Source: Candidatus Latescibacterota bacterium (lineage in GTDB: Bacteria > Latescibacterota > CBDEFO01). Taken from it: a stretch of DNA of 64,000 nucleotides. Position numbers and translations under genes: made by a program. Under the pieces are notes generated by a model that saw nothing but the letters and a program-made list of their open reading frames with translations, made no database searches and was not told the origin of the DNA. Where the stretch lies: positions 288,001 through 352,000 of the forward strand of contig CBDEFO010000004.1 in the NCBI GenBank assembly GCA_965237525.1, in the 5' to 3' direction. Below, piece by piece: positions 1-12,547 of this stretch; position 1 is the first letter of the stretch; the number at the start of each line of letters is the position of its first letter.

Positions 1-290
1 TTTCGCCTTTTTCCTTTTGGCCAACCCCGATTATCCATGGCAAAATCCTGATCCGGAGATTTAGTCCAAGCCGTAACGAAATCATTGGAAACTCTCGCTT
101 GTTTGATAACTTCTCGCTTTGACATTTCTTTCTTAAAATACATCTCGTTGACTTCTTGTCTTAATACGGCCAATCTCTCTTTGTCCATAGGACTCCGTAG
201 ATTAAAGTTAAGACAATCAACTCAACTTAATCTACTAATACTCTAAACAAAGATCAAATTAGGTGCACCGATTTCATTTGATATTCAACC
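1..290 (-). mobile_element. Unclassified DDE IS (ISx) copy 1, partial at window edge; transposase 5' part <1..188
   Basis: Matches the corresponding end of 11246-12547; ends in IR GTGCACCGATTTCATTTGATATTCAACC, flanked by TCTACT. Confidence 0.92.
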
Positions 291-317
291 TCTACTGTCT
301 ACTGTCTACTGTCTACT
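291..317. repeat. (GTCTACT)n heptamer tandem repeat overlapping the stop of the dehydrogenase gene
   Basis: tctact-gtctact-gtctact-gtctact. Confidence 0.9.
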
Positions 318-1573
318 CGTTTATACGCCTTTGTCTCATACACGGAAGGAATGTCAAAAAGTTTCCTTACGTACAGGGTGCTGTTGACCGCATTCATAGG
401 CTTAAGCCCTTCTAAGACGGCCGTCATAGCAAGCACAACCGTCATAGTGTAAGTCCGGAAACACTCGTTTGTGACTGCTGCTATATGGAACGTGAAGTCC
501 ACATTCGGATGTTGCACAACCTTCCAATAGGGGTCTTCAGGTCTTATGGGTTCGGGCCAGATCGGGTCTAGGACAGCCCTGGCTACCTTTCCCGATACAA
601 GAGCGTCGAATAGGGCGTCGGGTTCTATGATCTCCCCTCTTGCTGTGTTGACGATCCTGACTCCATCTTTCATCTGTTCAAATTCTACTTTTGATATAAG
701 GTCCCTGGACTGTTCCGTAAGGTTCACATGGATGGTTATGTAATCCACAATTTTCAGAAGTCTCTCCGATAGCCTGCCGTCCTCTGTCGGGATAAACTCT
801 ATCCGTGTGTTGTAGTCGAACTGTTCTTTAATAGCGTTGAATCTCTCTGTGATCCTCTTCCGCTTCTCTTCGTCTGCTACGATGTCGGTGTAATAGACGT
901 TTGTTCCGTGCGCGGCTAATAGGAGTATGGCCTGCGTACCTATATTACCGGCACCTATGACTCCCACATTTTTTCCGAAAAGGTCTACCCCCATCAGTTC
1001 TTCGTACCTGTAGCTGAGCGGACGTTCGGCAAGCTGTATGCCCTTGCACGATCCTGCGGCTTTGACTATGTCCCTGGACGCCTGAAGAAGGCACAGGACT
1101 CCATATTGAGCCGTAGTCTTCTCAGCCGATCTTCCGGCGTTGACGAGCGGCACGCCGTAGTTGGTTATCTGGGGCATAACATCCCAGTAGTGATTCCAAC
1201 CCACTGAACAGGTGCCGATAACCCTCAATCCTCTGTCTGCGGCGGATTCTACATGTTCGGATGTAAGACCGACGTCCGAGGCCGTGAATATGCCGTCTAC
1301 TCTATCCTGTTCCTCTATAATCTGCATTATTTCCTGCTCTGTGGGCACAGGTCTGGGAAAGGACTGCACTACGTTGATTTCCTCCTCTCCTTTGATAGAG
1401 TCTAAGACTTCAGGTCCGACGCTCGATTCTATGGTTTCCAAATAAGGCTTGCTCACTTTCTCCACGAGTTGGGTGAAGTTCATTACGCCTTGTTCTTCAA
1501 GGATACCTTTTCCCCTGAAGAGATCTATCCCCTCTTTATGGGTCTCAGGAAATACAATAACGTTTCGGGACAT
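299..1573 (-). CDS. D-isomer-specific 2-hydroxyacid dehydrogenase family protein
   Basis: GVIGAGNIG Rossmann motif, VNTARG, DPIWPEP, TFHIAA; start MSRNV at 1573 (ORF extends to 1633). Confidence 0.85.
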   Translation of the reverse strand: MSRNVIVFPETHKEGIDLFRGKGILEEQGVMNFTQLVEKVSKPYLETIESSVGPEVLDSIKGEEEINVVQSFPRPVPTEQEIMQIIEEQDRVDGIFTASDVGLTSEHVESAADRGLRVIGTCSVGWNHYWDVMPQITNYGVPLVNAGRSAEKTTAQYGVLCLLQASRDIVKAAGSCKGIQLAERPLSYRYEELMGVDLFGKNVGVIGAGNIGTQAILLLAAHGTNVYYTDIVADEEKRKRITERFNAIKEQFDYNTRIEFIPTEDGRLSERLLKIVDYITIHVNLTEQSRDLISKVEFEQMKDGVRIVNTARGEIIEPDALFDALVSGKVARAVLDPIWPEPIRPEDPYWKVVQHPNVDFTFHIAAVTNECFRTYTMTVVLAMTAVLEGLKPMNAVNSTLYVRKLFDIPSVYETKAYKRVDSRQ

Positions 1574-1672
1574 TTTTGCACCCTTTCCTTGGGCTTTCAC
1601 CTGGCCAGTTCCTACCTCTTGCACGTCCAACAATATATACTAAGATGGGGAAAAACACAAACTCTTTTTCTA

Positions 1673-1701
1673 TTGACTGCCCCAGACAAATTGGTTACCT
1701 T
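1673..1701 (+). promoter_or_regulatory. sigma70-like promoter of the helicase gene
   Basis: TTGACT-17 nt-TACCTT upstream of TTG 1754. Confidence 0.5.
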
Positions 1702-1797
1702 TTTCACTGCGGTAAGGATGTAATTAACACAGGCAGAACGATCGGGAAAAGTCTTGAGAGTATTTACGATAAAAACTGAACAAAAGAACCGGCTTAA

Positions 1798-3316
1798 AAG
1801 CCTTGTGAAAAACCCTTAGATTCAGAAAGTAGTATAGAACAAGCATTGATAAAGCAGCTCCGATGTATTATATTATGTTATTGATAATATTATACATGGA
1901 GGAAACAATGACCCCACAAGAGCAGGAACAGACAAATCCGATGTTTCACTATTTTCAGATGGAGGATTTAGTTCCCGAGGATCATATCCTTCGTCAGATT
2001 GATGAGGCAGTTGATTTTTCATTTGTACGAGACGTTGTATCAGATTGTTATTGCCCTGACAATGGCAGACCCGGTATTGATCCTGAATTAGTTGTTCGAA
2101 TGATCCTTATTGGCTATCTGTATAATTTGAGTGAGAATCGGCTCTGTCAGGAAGTGGGGATGCATGCGGCATATCGGTTGTTTTGTCATCAGACATTTGA
2201 TGATGCGGTTCCGGATAGGAGCACGATCAACAAGCTTCGCAATCACAAGTGGGCATCCAGTGGGTTGTTTGAACGGATAATGCGTCAGGTAGTCCAGTGT
2301 TGCATAGATGTCGGTCTTGTGAGCGGTAAACACCTTAGTGTCGACGGCACTCAGATACAAGCTGATGCTTCAGTGAAAAGTATTGAGCCGATAGAACCCC
2401 CTGTTTCTCTTGATGATTATCTCAAGGGAATCGGTTTTGAAGGTGATAAGACAAAGGGTAGGTCCGGGCATCCTCAGGATAAAGACTTTCATGGTGAAAA
2501 GTGGACGAACCAAACACACCGTTCGACTACAGACCCCGACGCGCGCTTATACAGCAAATCGAAGGGCAAAGGGGCTTTTCTCTCGTTTATGGGCCATGAT
2601 CTGATCGACACAAAAAGCAGAGTAATCCTTGAGACTCAGGGCACGCAGGCGACAGGGACAGCAGAGCCCGAAAGTGCCCTTAAGATGGTAGATGACCTTG
2701 AAACATACACCATGCCCAAAGACATTCAGACACTTAGTGCCGATACCGGTTACGGTTCTGGTAATTTTATCGCTGATGTACTTGACCGGGGAATCATACC
2801 CCATATTCCTCTGCGAGCCGATGAGAAGATTGAACCGATTCCTACATGGAAAAACAAGACAAATCCAGCACATATTCAGGCCGAACGGGATAGAAAAGTG
2901 CGAGAGGCGAAAGCCAGAAATCATGCACGGTCTATCTCATTAACAGCTGACTACAAACTCTCCCGGAGACTCCGTAAACGCAGTGAACATATCTTTGCTG
3001 AAGCCAGGCAACAACACGGTATGGGACGAGCCCGTTACAGAGGACCAGCCTCACTGAATGAACAGTTGAATCTTGTTGCAACAGTACAGAATCTCAAGAG
3101 GCTTGTATCTTTCATAAGAAGGGGGAAAGCGTCTATGTGTGCCCTGTCTGTCAAAGACAGTGCATCCTGTTCTTCAAACAGCTCCTATTCCTTGCTGACC
3201 AGAACTCTGATAAGACTATTTTGCTTATTCCACAGCAAAACGATACGATATGCTACTCTTTGACCCATAATCGGCGCTTCAGACGCTGCCTGGGACATAA
3301 CTATTTCACAAGGCTT
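1798..3316 (+). mobile_element. IS1182-family-like element copy A, 1519 bp
   Basis: TIR AAGCCTTGTGAAA...TTTCACAAGGCTT; TTAA duplicated at 1794-1797 and 3317-3320. Confidence 0.93.
1863..3263 (+). CDS. IS1182-family DDE transposase
   Basis: DLVPEDHILR..GRPGIDP N-terminus, VDGT, STTDPDARL, ADTGY, RSEHIFAE. Confidence 0.9.
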   Translation: MYYIMLLIILYMEETMTPQEQEQTNPMFHYFQMEDLVPEDHILRQIDEAVDFSFVRDVVSDCYCPDNGRPGIDPELVVRMILIGYLYNLSENRLCQEVGMHAAYRLFCHQTFDDAVPDRSTINKLRNHKWASSGLFERIMRQVVQCCIDVGLVSGKHLSVDGTQIQADASVKSIEPIEPPVSLDDYLKGIGFEGDKTKGRSGHPQDKDFHGEKWTNQTHRSTTDPDARLYSKSKGKGAFLSFMGHDLIDTKSRVILETQGTQATGTAEPESALKMVDDLETYTMPKDIQTLSADTGYGSGNFIADVLDRGIIPHIPLRADEKIEPIPTWKNKTNPAHIQAERDRKVREAKARNHARSISLTADYKLSRRLRKRSEHIFAEARQQHGMGRARYRGPASLNEQLNLVATVQNLKRLVSFIRRGKASMCALSVKDSASCSSNSSYSLLTRTLIRLFCLFHSKTIRYATL

Positions 3317-6300
3317 TTAAGCTGCAGTTTGAAAGAGAACTCAACCCACAGCAACTTCGGGCAGTCACAGCTGGAGATGGCCCCAAGCTTGTAATAGCGG
3401 GCGCAGGAAGCGGCAAGACCAGGACAATAACTTATAGAGTCGCCTATCTGCTCTCAAAAGGTATAGACCCGTCAAGGATACTTCTTGTGACCTTCACAAA
3501 TAAGGCCGCAAAAGAGATGTTACGACGCGTTGAAGTCCTCACAGGACCGCTGGCAAGAAGGATATGGGGAGGGACATTCCACGCCACAGGAAACAAAATA
3601 CTAAGGCAGGACGGTAAACTCCTCGGCTATGGATCTAACTTCTCCATACTCGACGAAGAGGATCAGAAGGATCTAATCAAGGTCTGTATATCAGAGATCG
3701 GGATAGAGCCCAAGAAGGAGCGCTTTCCAGCGGCGGCTTTAGTCAGAAACATCATCAGCCTGTCGTTCAACACACAGTTGGGTGTCGAGACCATCCTGGA
3801 TCGCTATTATCCCTATTTTGCTCACTTGCAGGATGAGATAATCCGGATAGAGGACGAATATCGAGCTAGAAAGAAGAAGAACAACTCTGTGGACTACGAC
3901 GATCTCTTGGGAAATTGGCTGGTGCTCTTGAGAGACTTTCCCGAAATCCTCGAAAAATATGGAAGAAAATTTCAGCACATATTGGTAGACGAATATCAGG
4001 ACACAAACAAAGTCCAGGCGGACATAGTGGAACTTCTGGCCTCCAAAAACGGAAACAATCTGACGGTCGTGGGCGACGATTCACAGAGCATCTACGCCTT
4101 CAGAGGAGCAAACTACGACAATATCATCAGATTCCCCGAACGAAATCCGGGTACCGAGATATTCAAACTTGAGATCAACTACAGGAGTACGCCGCAGATA
4201 TTAAACTTCACCAACGACAGCATAAGGCACAACAAAGATCAGTACGAAAAAGTTTTGCAATCGGTCAGGAAAGACGGTTTTTCTCCCGCCCTGGTCCCCG
4301 TCCAGGACGCCTATGGGGAGGCGGACTTCGTCTCCAGCAGAATACTCCAGATTAGAGACGAAGGAGTACCATTAGAGGAGATAGCCGTTCTCTACCGGTC
4401 CCATTATCATTGCGCGATTCTGGAAGCAGAACTCGTAAGGCGCAACATCCCCTACGAAATAAGGGATGGGATCAGATTCTTCGATCAGGCGCATATAAAG
4501 GACGTAATCTCCTACCTTAAGATTCTCGTCAACCCCCACGATGAGACAGCCTGGAGGAGGATCCTGCTTATGATTCCCAAAATCGGCAACGTCACGGCGG
4601 GAAGGATATGGAACCAAATCTCTAACTCCACCAACCCCCTGAAGGCCATCCAATCCGGCAGAATCTCGGATGTCCTGCCTTCACAGAGCCTGATGTTTTG
4701 GAGCCAGTTTACGGGCGATCTCAAAAAGCTCATAGAGATAGACAAAAAGAGCGATCCTCCCGCTTTAATCAGTGCCATACTCGAAGGCGGATACCTCGAC
4801 TATCTGAGGTCAAGATACGACAATTACGCCTCCAGGACCGAGGATATAGAACAATTAGGCCTCTTTGCCAAGCAATACTCTGAACTGGAAGACTTCCTTT
4901 CAGAGCTCGTCCTGCTCGGGGAACTTCAGGGGCAGGACGTAGTCTCTGGATCCGATGACACCGAGAAGGTAATTTTGAGCTCAATCCACAGGGCAAAGGG
5001 ACTCGAATGGCAGCACGTATTCGTGATAAGGGCATGCGAGGGAGCCTTGCCCGCAGATAGATCGCTGAAAGAGGAAAATGGAGAGGAAGAAGAAAGGCGC
5101 GTCTTCTACGTAGCCGCCACAAGAGCCAAAGACGAACTCTACATAGTCTATCCTTTGATAGATATAGGCAGGAGCTCTTCACCTTCGACTATACTACAGC
5201 CCTCCCGTTTCATACAGGAGATAGATGCGCAACTGTACGACATAGCTGAGATTCAGCCAGCTGAGGCATAAAACGGAGAGATAAGGATGGCAAAGATTAT
5301 GACGTCAACCTTTATTCTGTGAGCGAGAACTTGCACGCCCCTTGGTCCTCTCTCTTTTTAGGAACTGGGGGCTGGCCATAAGTAAAATCGGTTTGTCAGC
5401 CCTCAAGTAGGAGATAATAAAATGAGATGTGCAATCTTATCTACTGTTATAACACTGTTAGTCGCTTTGAATGCGCCCAGCTATGCACAGGATGAACCTC
5501 CAGTTGTGACATCTATTATCCCCAATTCAGGCATTGGATTAGGCGGTACACCTGTGACGATTACAGGTTACAATTTCCAAAGTGGAGCAACTGTAACTTT
5601 GGGTGAAAGTACAGCCATAAATGTAGTGATAGTGGACCCCAACACTATTACCGCTACGACTCCTGCTCATTCTGCTGGTACTGTGGGCGTGACAGTCACA
5701 AATCCCGACGGTCAGGCGGACATGCTCTTTAATGGATTTACTTTTATTCCCATAATTTTCGGACCTAAGACTGACTATGCTGTTTCGCGTAGTCCCAAGT
5801 CAGTTTTCAGTGCAGACTTAGATGCAGATGGAGATAATGACCTAGCTGTGGCTAACGCTGCCAGCAATAATGTGTCAGTGTTGATAAACAATGGCGACGG
5901 GACATTCGGAGCTAAAGTGGACTACTTCACTGGACAAGTGCCCAGTTCAGTATTCAGTGAGGATCTAGATGGAGATGGATACAAGGATTTGGTTGTGACC
6001 AATAGGATCAGCAACAATGTATCGGTATTGTTGAATAATGGTGATGGAACCTTTTCATATAGAGTGAACTATGACGCTGGAGATAATCCCAACTCAGCCT
6101 TCTGTGCAGATTTAGACGGAGATGGAGACAAGGACCTAGCTGTGGCGAATAGAGTTGACAATAATGTATCAGTGTGGCTCAACGATGGAGATGGGACATT
6201 TGCTGCTAAGGTTAACTATGTTGCTGGACGTAATCCTAAGTCTGTCTATATCGCCGATTTAGATGGCGATGGGAATAAGGACTTAGCTGTGGCTAATCGC

Positions 6301-9300
6301 AGCAGCGTATCGGTGTTGCTGAACGACGGAGATGGGACATTTGCACCTAAGGTGGACTACGATGTTGGGAATATTGCCATGTCCGTCTTCAGTGCAGATT
6401 TCAATTCGGATGGAGATAATGATTTAGCTGCGGCTAATTGGGGCAGCGGTACTGTATCAGTGTTGTTAAATAATGGAGACGGAACGTTTGCACCTAAGGT
6501 AGACTACAAAGTTGGAGTTATGCCCACTTCAGTCTTCAGTGCAGATTTCAATTCAGATGGAGATAATGATTTAGCTGTGGCCAATCAGGGCAGTGGTACT
6601 GTCTCAGTATTGCTGAACAAACATGATGGAACATTCACAAGTAAGGTGGACTACGTTACTGGAGCTAGTTCCTCCTCAGTTTTTGGTGTGGATTTAGACA
6701 GCGACGGAGATAACGACTTAGCTGTGGCTAATGCAGGAAGCGATAGTGTGTCAGTCTTATTTAATCTCTCTCCCCATTTACCTCCGGTTGCAACATCTCC
6801 TCCTGCTCTAAAATCTATTCACCCCACTGCGGGCATTGAATCAGGTGGCGTGTCTGTAAGGATCGAAGGAAATAATTTCCAAAGTGGAGCAACCGTCACT
6901 TTCGGTGGGAGAGCAGCCACTGGTGTAGTTGTAGTGTCCACCAATACCATTGTTGCTACGACTTCTGCACATAGCACCGGTGCTGTGGCAGTGATTGTCA
7001 CAAATCCCAGTAGTCTGGCAGATACACTTGCGAACGGTTTCACTTTTGACAAGATTCCTCCTCCTGATTTTTTCGGACCCAAGATTGACTATGGCTTCGG
7101 ACGTCGTTCCGTATCAATCGTAAGTGCGGATTTAGATGGAGATGGGGATAATGACCTTGCTACGGCTAATACTAACTGTAACGATCGGAACAGTGTGTCA
7201 GTGTTGTTGAATAACGGAGATGGAACATTTGCGACCAACCTGGATTATGCCACTGGGGATTGTCCCAAGTCAATCTTCAGTGCGGACATAGATAGAGATG
7301 GGGATAATGACTTAGTTACAGCTAATAAGCAAAGTAATAATGTATCAGTGTTGTTGAACAACGGAGACGGGAGATTCGCAAATAAGGTGGACTATCCCGT
7401 TGGACATCATCCTCCCTCTTCAGTCTTCATCGCGGATTTAGATGGAGATGGAGATAATGACTTGGCTGTGGCTAATGCAGTCAACATCGGCCATTTCGGT
7501 ACTGTATCAGTGTTGTTGAATAATGGAGAAGGTACATTTGCGGACAAAGTGGACTATGCTGTTGGATATGGTGCCACATCAGTTTTTGTTGCTGATTTGA
7601 ATAACGATGGAGATAATGATATAGCTGTGGCTAATAGTGGAAGATATCCCGAATTCATCGGTACTTTATCAGTGTTGTTGAACAATGGAGATGGAACCTT
7701 TTCACCGAAGGTGGACTATGCAGCTGGAAGTCGACCCCATTCAGTCTTCATAGCAGATTTGGATAGAGATGGAGATAATGATTTGGCTGTGGCAAATGGG
7801 AGAACCGCTACTAGTCCAGAGAATAGTACTGTATCAGTGTTATTAAATAAGGGAGATGGAACATTTGAGGATAAGGTGAAATATGTTGCTGGACCTACAC
7901 CCCAATCAGTCTACATTGCCGATTTAGATGGTGATGGCAACAATGATTTGGCTGTTGCGAATGCGTCAGGTGGCCATGGTTCTTCACGTAGTATATCAGT
8001 ACTCTTGAATAATGGAGATGGTACATTTGCACTCAAAGTGGACTTCGAATCAGGAGATAATCCCAGATCTCTGTTCATTGCGGATTTAGATGGTGACGGT
8101 GATAATGACCTAGCTGTAGTTGGCCATAGAGTATCGGTCTTGTTGAATCGCACCTTGGTATCTCCTATTGTTAATTCTATTAATCCGATTTCTGGAACGG
8201 ATTCGGGAGATATGCTGGTGACAATAGAAGGAAGCAATTTCAGGGGTGGAGAGACTGTTATTTTCGGAAGTATCCCAGCCCCAAGTGTGGAGGTGGTGTC
8301 ACCCGATACTATTATCGCTACGATTCCCGTTCATCCTGCTGGAACTGTAAATGTGATTGTCGAAAATACGAGTGGACTAGCCGATACACTTAAAAACTCA
8401 TTTACTTTCGGGTCTCCACGACCCGTAGTGACATCCGTTTATCCCATTTCAGGACTCGAATCAACAGGTACACGTGTGACTGTAAAGGGGAACAATTTTC
8501 TGCTTGGAGCAATAGTTACATTTGGCGGCAGCAAAGCCAAGTATATAGTTGTAGTATCGCCTGTGAAGATTATTGCTACGACTCCCGCTCATTCCGTCAG
8601 TACTGTAGACGTGATAGTCACAAATCCTGGCGGTCAGGCAGGCGTGCTCGCTAAGGGATTTTCCTTTATTCCTCCTCTTTTCGGACCTAAGGCAGATTAT
8701 GCGGTAGGGCATGCTCCCAACTCAGTATTCAGCGCCGATTTAGATGGGGATGGGGATAATGACTTGGCTGTGGCTGGAGGAAATGTCTCAGTTATCTTGA
8801 ATAACGGGGACGGAACATTTTCAACTAGGACGGACTATACTGCTGGGGGTAGATCAATATTTATTGCAGATTTAGATGGAGACGGGGATAGCGACATAGC
8901 TACAGCTAATAAGTGGAGCGATATATTGTCCAGTGGTTATGTGTCAGTTTTGTTAAATAACGGGGATGGAACATTTGCACCTAAAGTTGACTACGATGCC
9001 GGGCTTAGTCCCCGTTCAATCTTCAGCACAGATTTAGATGGGGATGGGGATAATGACTTAGCTGTGGCTAATTACCATTACAACTACGCGGCAGTACTCT
9101 TGAATAACGGTGATGGCACATTTGCACCTAAGAGGACATATGCCACAGGGGAATCTCCTCAGTCGATGTTCAGTAGCGATTTAGATGGGGATGGGGATAA
9201 TGACTTGATTACAGCCAATGAGGGGAGTAATACGGTGTCAGTGTTAATGAATAATGGAGATGCGACATTTGCACCTAAAATGGATTATATCGTTGGGGAT

Positions 9301-11245
9301 TTCCCACAATCAGTATTCGGAGCGGATTTAGATGGAGATGAAGATAATGACTTAGTTATAACTAATATTAGCGACAATACTATATCAGTGTTGTTAAACA
9401 ATGCAGATGGAACATTTGCAACTAAAGTGGACTATGAGGCTGGGCGTTATCCCCTGTCAGTGTTCATTGCGGATTTAGATGGCGATGGTGACAATGATGT
9501 AGCTGTAACTGTAAGATATAGTGTGTCAGTGTTTTTGAATAGTGGAGATGGAATTTTTCCAACTAAGGTGAGTTTTCCTGTTGGGAATAATCCCGGATCA
9601 GTATTTGTCGCGGACGTAGATGGAGATGGAGATAATGACCTAATTACCTCGGCTGTATCAGTGTTGTTAAATCTGTCTATCTCTGCCGCAATATCCTCCC
9701 CTCTTGTTGTGACATCTGTTAATCCCGTTTCGGGAAAAGAGTTAAGCGGTACCTCCGTAACTATAAGAGGAGCTAATTTCCAAAGTGGAGCCACTGTTAA
9801 TTTCGGTGATAGTGAAGCCACAAACGTGGTTGTAGTTACCCCCTATACCATTACAGCTACGACCCCTGCTTCTCCTGTTGAAGTTGTGGACGTGATGGTC
9901 ACTAATCCCAACGGTGAGACAGACACACTTGAGAAAGGATTCACTTTTATTCCCGCCCTTTTCGGGCCCAGAACTTATTATGCCACCGGGCGTAGTCCCC
10001 AATCTATCTTCATCGCGGATTTAGATGGAGACGGCGATAATGACTTAGCAACAGCTAATTCTGCCATAGTATATAATCTTCCTAACAAATCAGAGTCTGA
10101 ATTAGTCCGTGGTGTGTCTACTGTTTCATTGTTACTAAATAATGGAGATGGAACATTTGCCCCTAACATGGACCAAATCGTTGGTCGAGGTGCCCATTCA
10201 ATATTCATTGAGGATTTAGACGGAGATGGAGACAAAGACCTTGCTACGGCTAATTCTGACGATAATAGTGTATCGGTATTATTGAATAATGGAGATGGGA
10301 CATTTGCAACTAAAGTGGACTATGAGGCTGGGCGTTATCCCCTGTCAGTGTTCATTGCGGATTTAGATGGCGATGGGAACAATGACTTAACTACGGCTAA
10401 TAGTAGCGATAATGTGTCAGTTTTGTTGAATAATGGGGATGGAACATTTGTAACTAAGACGGACTATCCCGCTGGCGATCAACCCTTGATGGTCTTCATT
10501 GCGGATTTAGATAGCGATGGAGACAATGACGTAGCTGTGGTTAATCGCAACAGCCATAATGTATCAGTATTATTAAATAATGGAGATGGAACATTTTCAC
10601 CTAAGGTGGACTATGATGTTGGGAGTAGTCCCTATTCAGTTTTCAGCACAGATTTAGATGGAGATGGAGATAATGACTTAGTTACAGCTAATTTGGGCAG
10701 CGATAATGTGTCAGTGTTGTTAAACAATGGAGACGGAATATTTGTAACTAGGTCGGATTACAGTGTTGGGCGCGGTCCCTTCTCAGCAGTCAGTGCAGAT
10801 TTAGATGGAGATGGAAATAATGACTTAGCTGTGACTAATCCACGTAGGAGTAATGTATCAGTGTTGTTGAATAATGGAAATGGATCATTTCCAACTAGGA
10901 CGGACTATACTGCTGGGGGTAGATCAATATTTATTGCAGATTTAGATGGAGATGAGGACAATGACTTAGCTGTGGTTAAGTCGGCTAGCGACAATGTGTC
11001 AGTTCTGTTGAATCTTTCTGAAATACTCATAGCTGATAGTACTGCTGTAACCGTATATGAAGAATCATCGTCAGATATTCCCGAGACATATGCCCTCTCC
11101 CAGAACTATCCCAATCCGTTTAACCCCCAGACGGTGATCCACTACGAGCTTCCTGTCCAAAGCCACGTTAGGCTATCTGTCTATAACATAATGGGTCAGA
11201 AGGTTGGCACACTGGTGAATGACCGCAGATCTGCTGGTAGCTACT

Positions 11246-12547
11246 GGTTATTTATCAAATGAAATCGGTGCACTTCTCTTTCGATCTTTGATTGATCTTG
11301 AATGATAGGTTTTCGACAATCTTTGGTTTCTGTTCTTTTTCAAAATGGATGTATAATTGTTCTTCTTTTAGGTTCCATTCAGCCAGGACAAAGTAGTTGG
11401 TGTAAGAGGAGGGAAGAGATACTTTCTCATTTAGGACATCGATAAAGGCTTTATCTGTCTGTTCTGTGTCCTGTTTGACTTGTCTGATAAAATAGGTCTT
11501 GGGAATGAAATCTTTCTCGTTTGACTTCTCTTGCTTAGGTGGACGGTAGCCGGTGTATCTCTGTGATGAAAGATTAAACCATTCTAACTTCTGATCAACT
11601 TCTTGTAAGCTTTTGAACTGAATTCTGTTCCAGAACTTCCTTGAAAATACAGAATTGTTGCCTTCTATAGATGCTTGAGAAAAGGGCCTTCTGGGAACGG
11701 CAAATATCGGAATCACTTGATTTTTCAAGAGAAACTGCATTGCTTTGCTGACATTCCTTTTACCTGAAACACTGCCAATAGTCGCCGAGCAATTGTCCAC
11801 CTTAACGAAATCTGGTTTTTCAAACCTGTCAAAGAAAGACTGACACTTCTCGATAAAGTTAGTTGCTGTTTGACCGTCAACCCGCCGAAAATACCTTAAC
11901 TTAGGCTCTTTCTTAAAGGAAAATCCAACGAAGTTGACCGGCTCAGTTCTGCCGGTAAGATACTTTTTACCAATAAAGTCTGATTCTAGGACTCTGCCTC
12001 CTGAAAGATAGTAAATGGTATACTCTGGATAACAAAGATAACGAGATGCACCCTTGTTTTTACCTTTCTTCCTTCTCTGGGAAAGTCCTAAATCTGAAAG
12101 CATTCTGCCGATAGTCGGCAACGACGGAGGAGGGGTGCTAGAATATCGATTCCTCCATTCTTGTTCAATAACAGTGGCTCCTGAATAGAACTGATAAGGA
12201 TCGTCCTCTAAGCTATGGTAAATCTCTTTGATTCTCTGTTCGTCAACTTTAGCCAATTTTCGCCTTTTTCCTTTTGGCCAACCCCGATTATCCATGGCAA
12301 AATCCTGATCCGGAGATTTAGTCCAAGCCGTAACGAAATCATTGGAAACTCTCGCTTGTTTGATAACTTCTCGCTTTGACATTTCTTTCTTAAAATACAT
12401 CTCGTTGACTTCTTGTCTTAATACGGCCAATCTCTCTTTGTCCATAGGACTCCGTAGATTAAAGTTAAGACAATCAACTCAACTTAATCTACTAATACTC
12501 TAAACAAAGATCAAATTAGGTGCACCGATTTCATTTGATATTCAACC
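11246..12547 (-). mobile_element. Unclassified DDE IS (ISx) copy 2, complete, 1302 bp
   Basis: 28-bp imperfect TIR GGTT(ATT/GAA)TATCAAATGAAATCGGTGCAC; 6-bp duplication GCTACT at 11240-11245 and 12548-12553. Confidence 0.93.
11255..12445 (-). CDS. DDE transposase (rve/integrase-core-like), 396 aa
   Basis: N-terminal HTH-like region; candidate triad ESD...VDN...IEG; stop lies inside the TIR; three near-identical copies. Confidence 0.85.
   Translation of the reverse strand: MDKERLAVLRQEVNEMYFKKEMSKREVIKQARVSNDFVTAWTKSPDQDFAMDNRGWPKGKRRKLAKVDEQRIKEIYHSLEDDPYQFYSGATVIEQEWRNRYSSTPPPSLPTIGRMLSDLGLSQRRKKGKNKGASRYLCYPEYTIYYLSGGRVLESDFIGKKYLTGRTEPVNFVGFSFKKEPKLRYFRRVDGQTATNFIEKCQSFFDRFEKPDFVKVDNCSATIGSVSGKRNVSKAMQFLLKNQVIPIFAVPRRPFSQASIEGNNSVFSRKFWNRIQFKSLQEVDQKLEWFNLSSQRYTGYRPPKQEKSNEKDFIPKTYFIRQVKQDTEQTDKAFIDVLNEKVSLPSSYTNYFVLAEWNLKEEQLYIHFEKEQKPKIVENLSFKINQRSKEKCTDFI

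Larger units (their letters stand above)
1754..5271 (+). pseudogene. UvrD/PcrA/Rep-type SF1 helicase interrupted in codon 15 by IS1182-like element
   Basis: Removing 1798-3320 restores MRVFTIKTEQKNRLKLQFERELNPQQ...AGAGSGKT in frame with ORF 3487-5271 (DEYQD, NYRS, IHRAKGLEW, ATRAK). Confidence 0.88.

Noticed and set aside
3137..3394. Short ORFs at IS1182 ends (also 17832-18071 and 56360-56611) as passenger genes or a new helicase start
   Set aside because: Alternate-frame ORFs whose ends vary with the flank; the one at 3137 is not in the helicase frame.
5760..11010. Regularly spaced GATTTAGATGGAGATGGAGATAATGAC motifs as a CRISPR array
   Set aside because: They are codon-degenerate FG-GAP repeats within one long ORF, and no cas genes were recognised.
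11246..12547. Naming ISx as IS481 or IS3
   Set aside because: Ends are GGTT rather than TG/TGT; the family cannot be assigned without a search.
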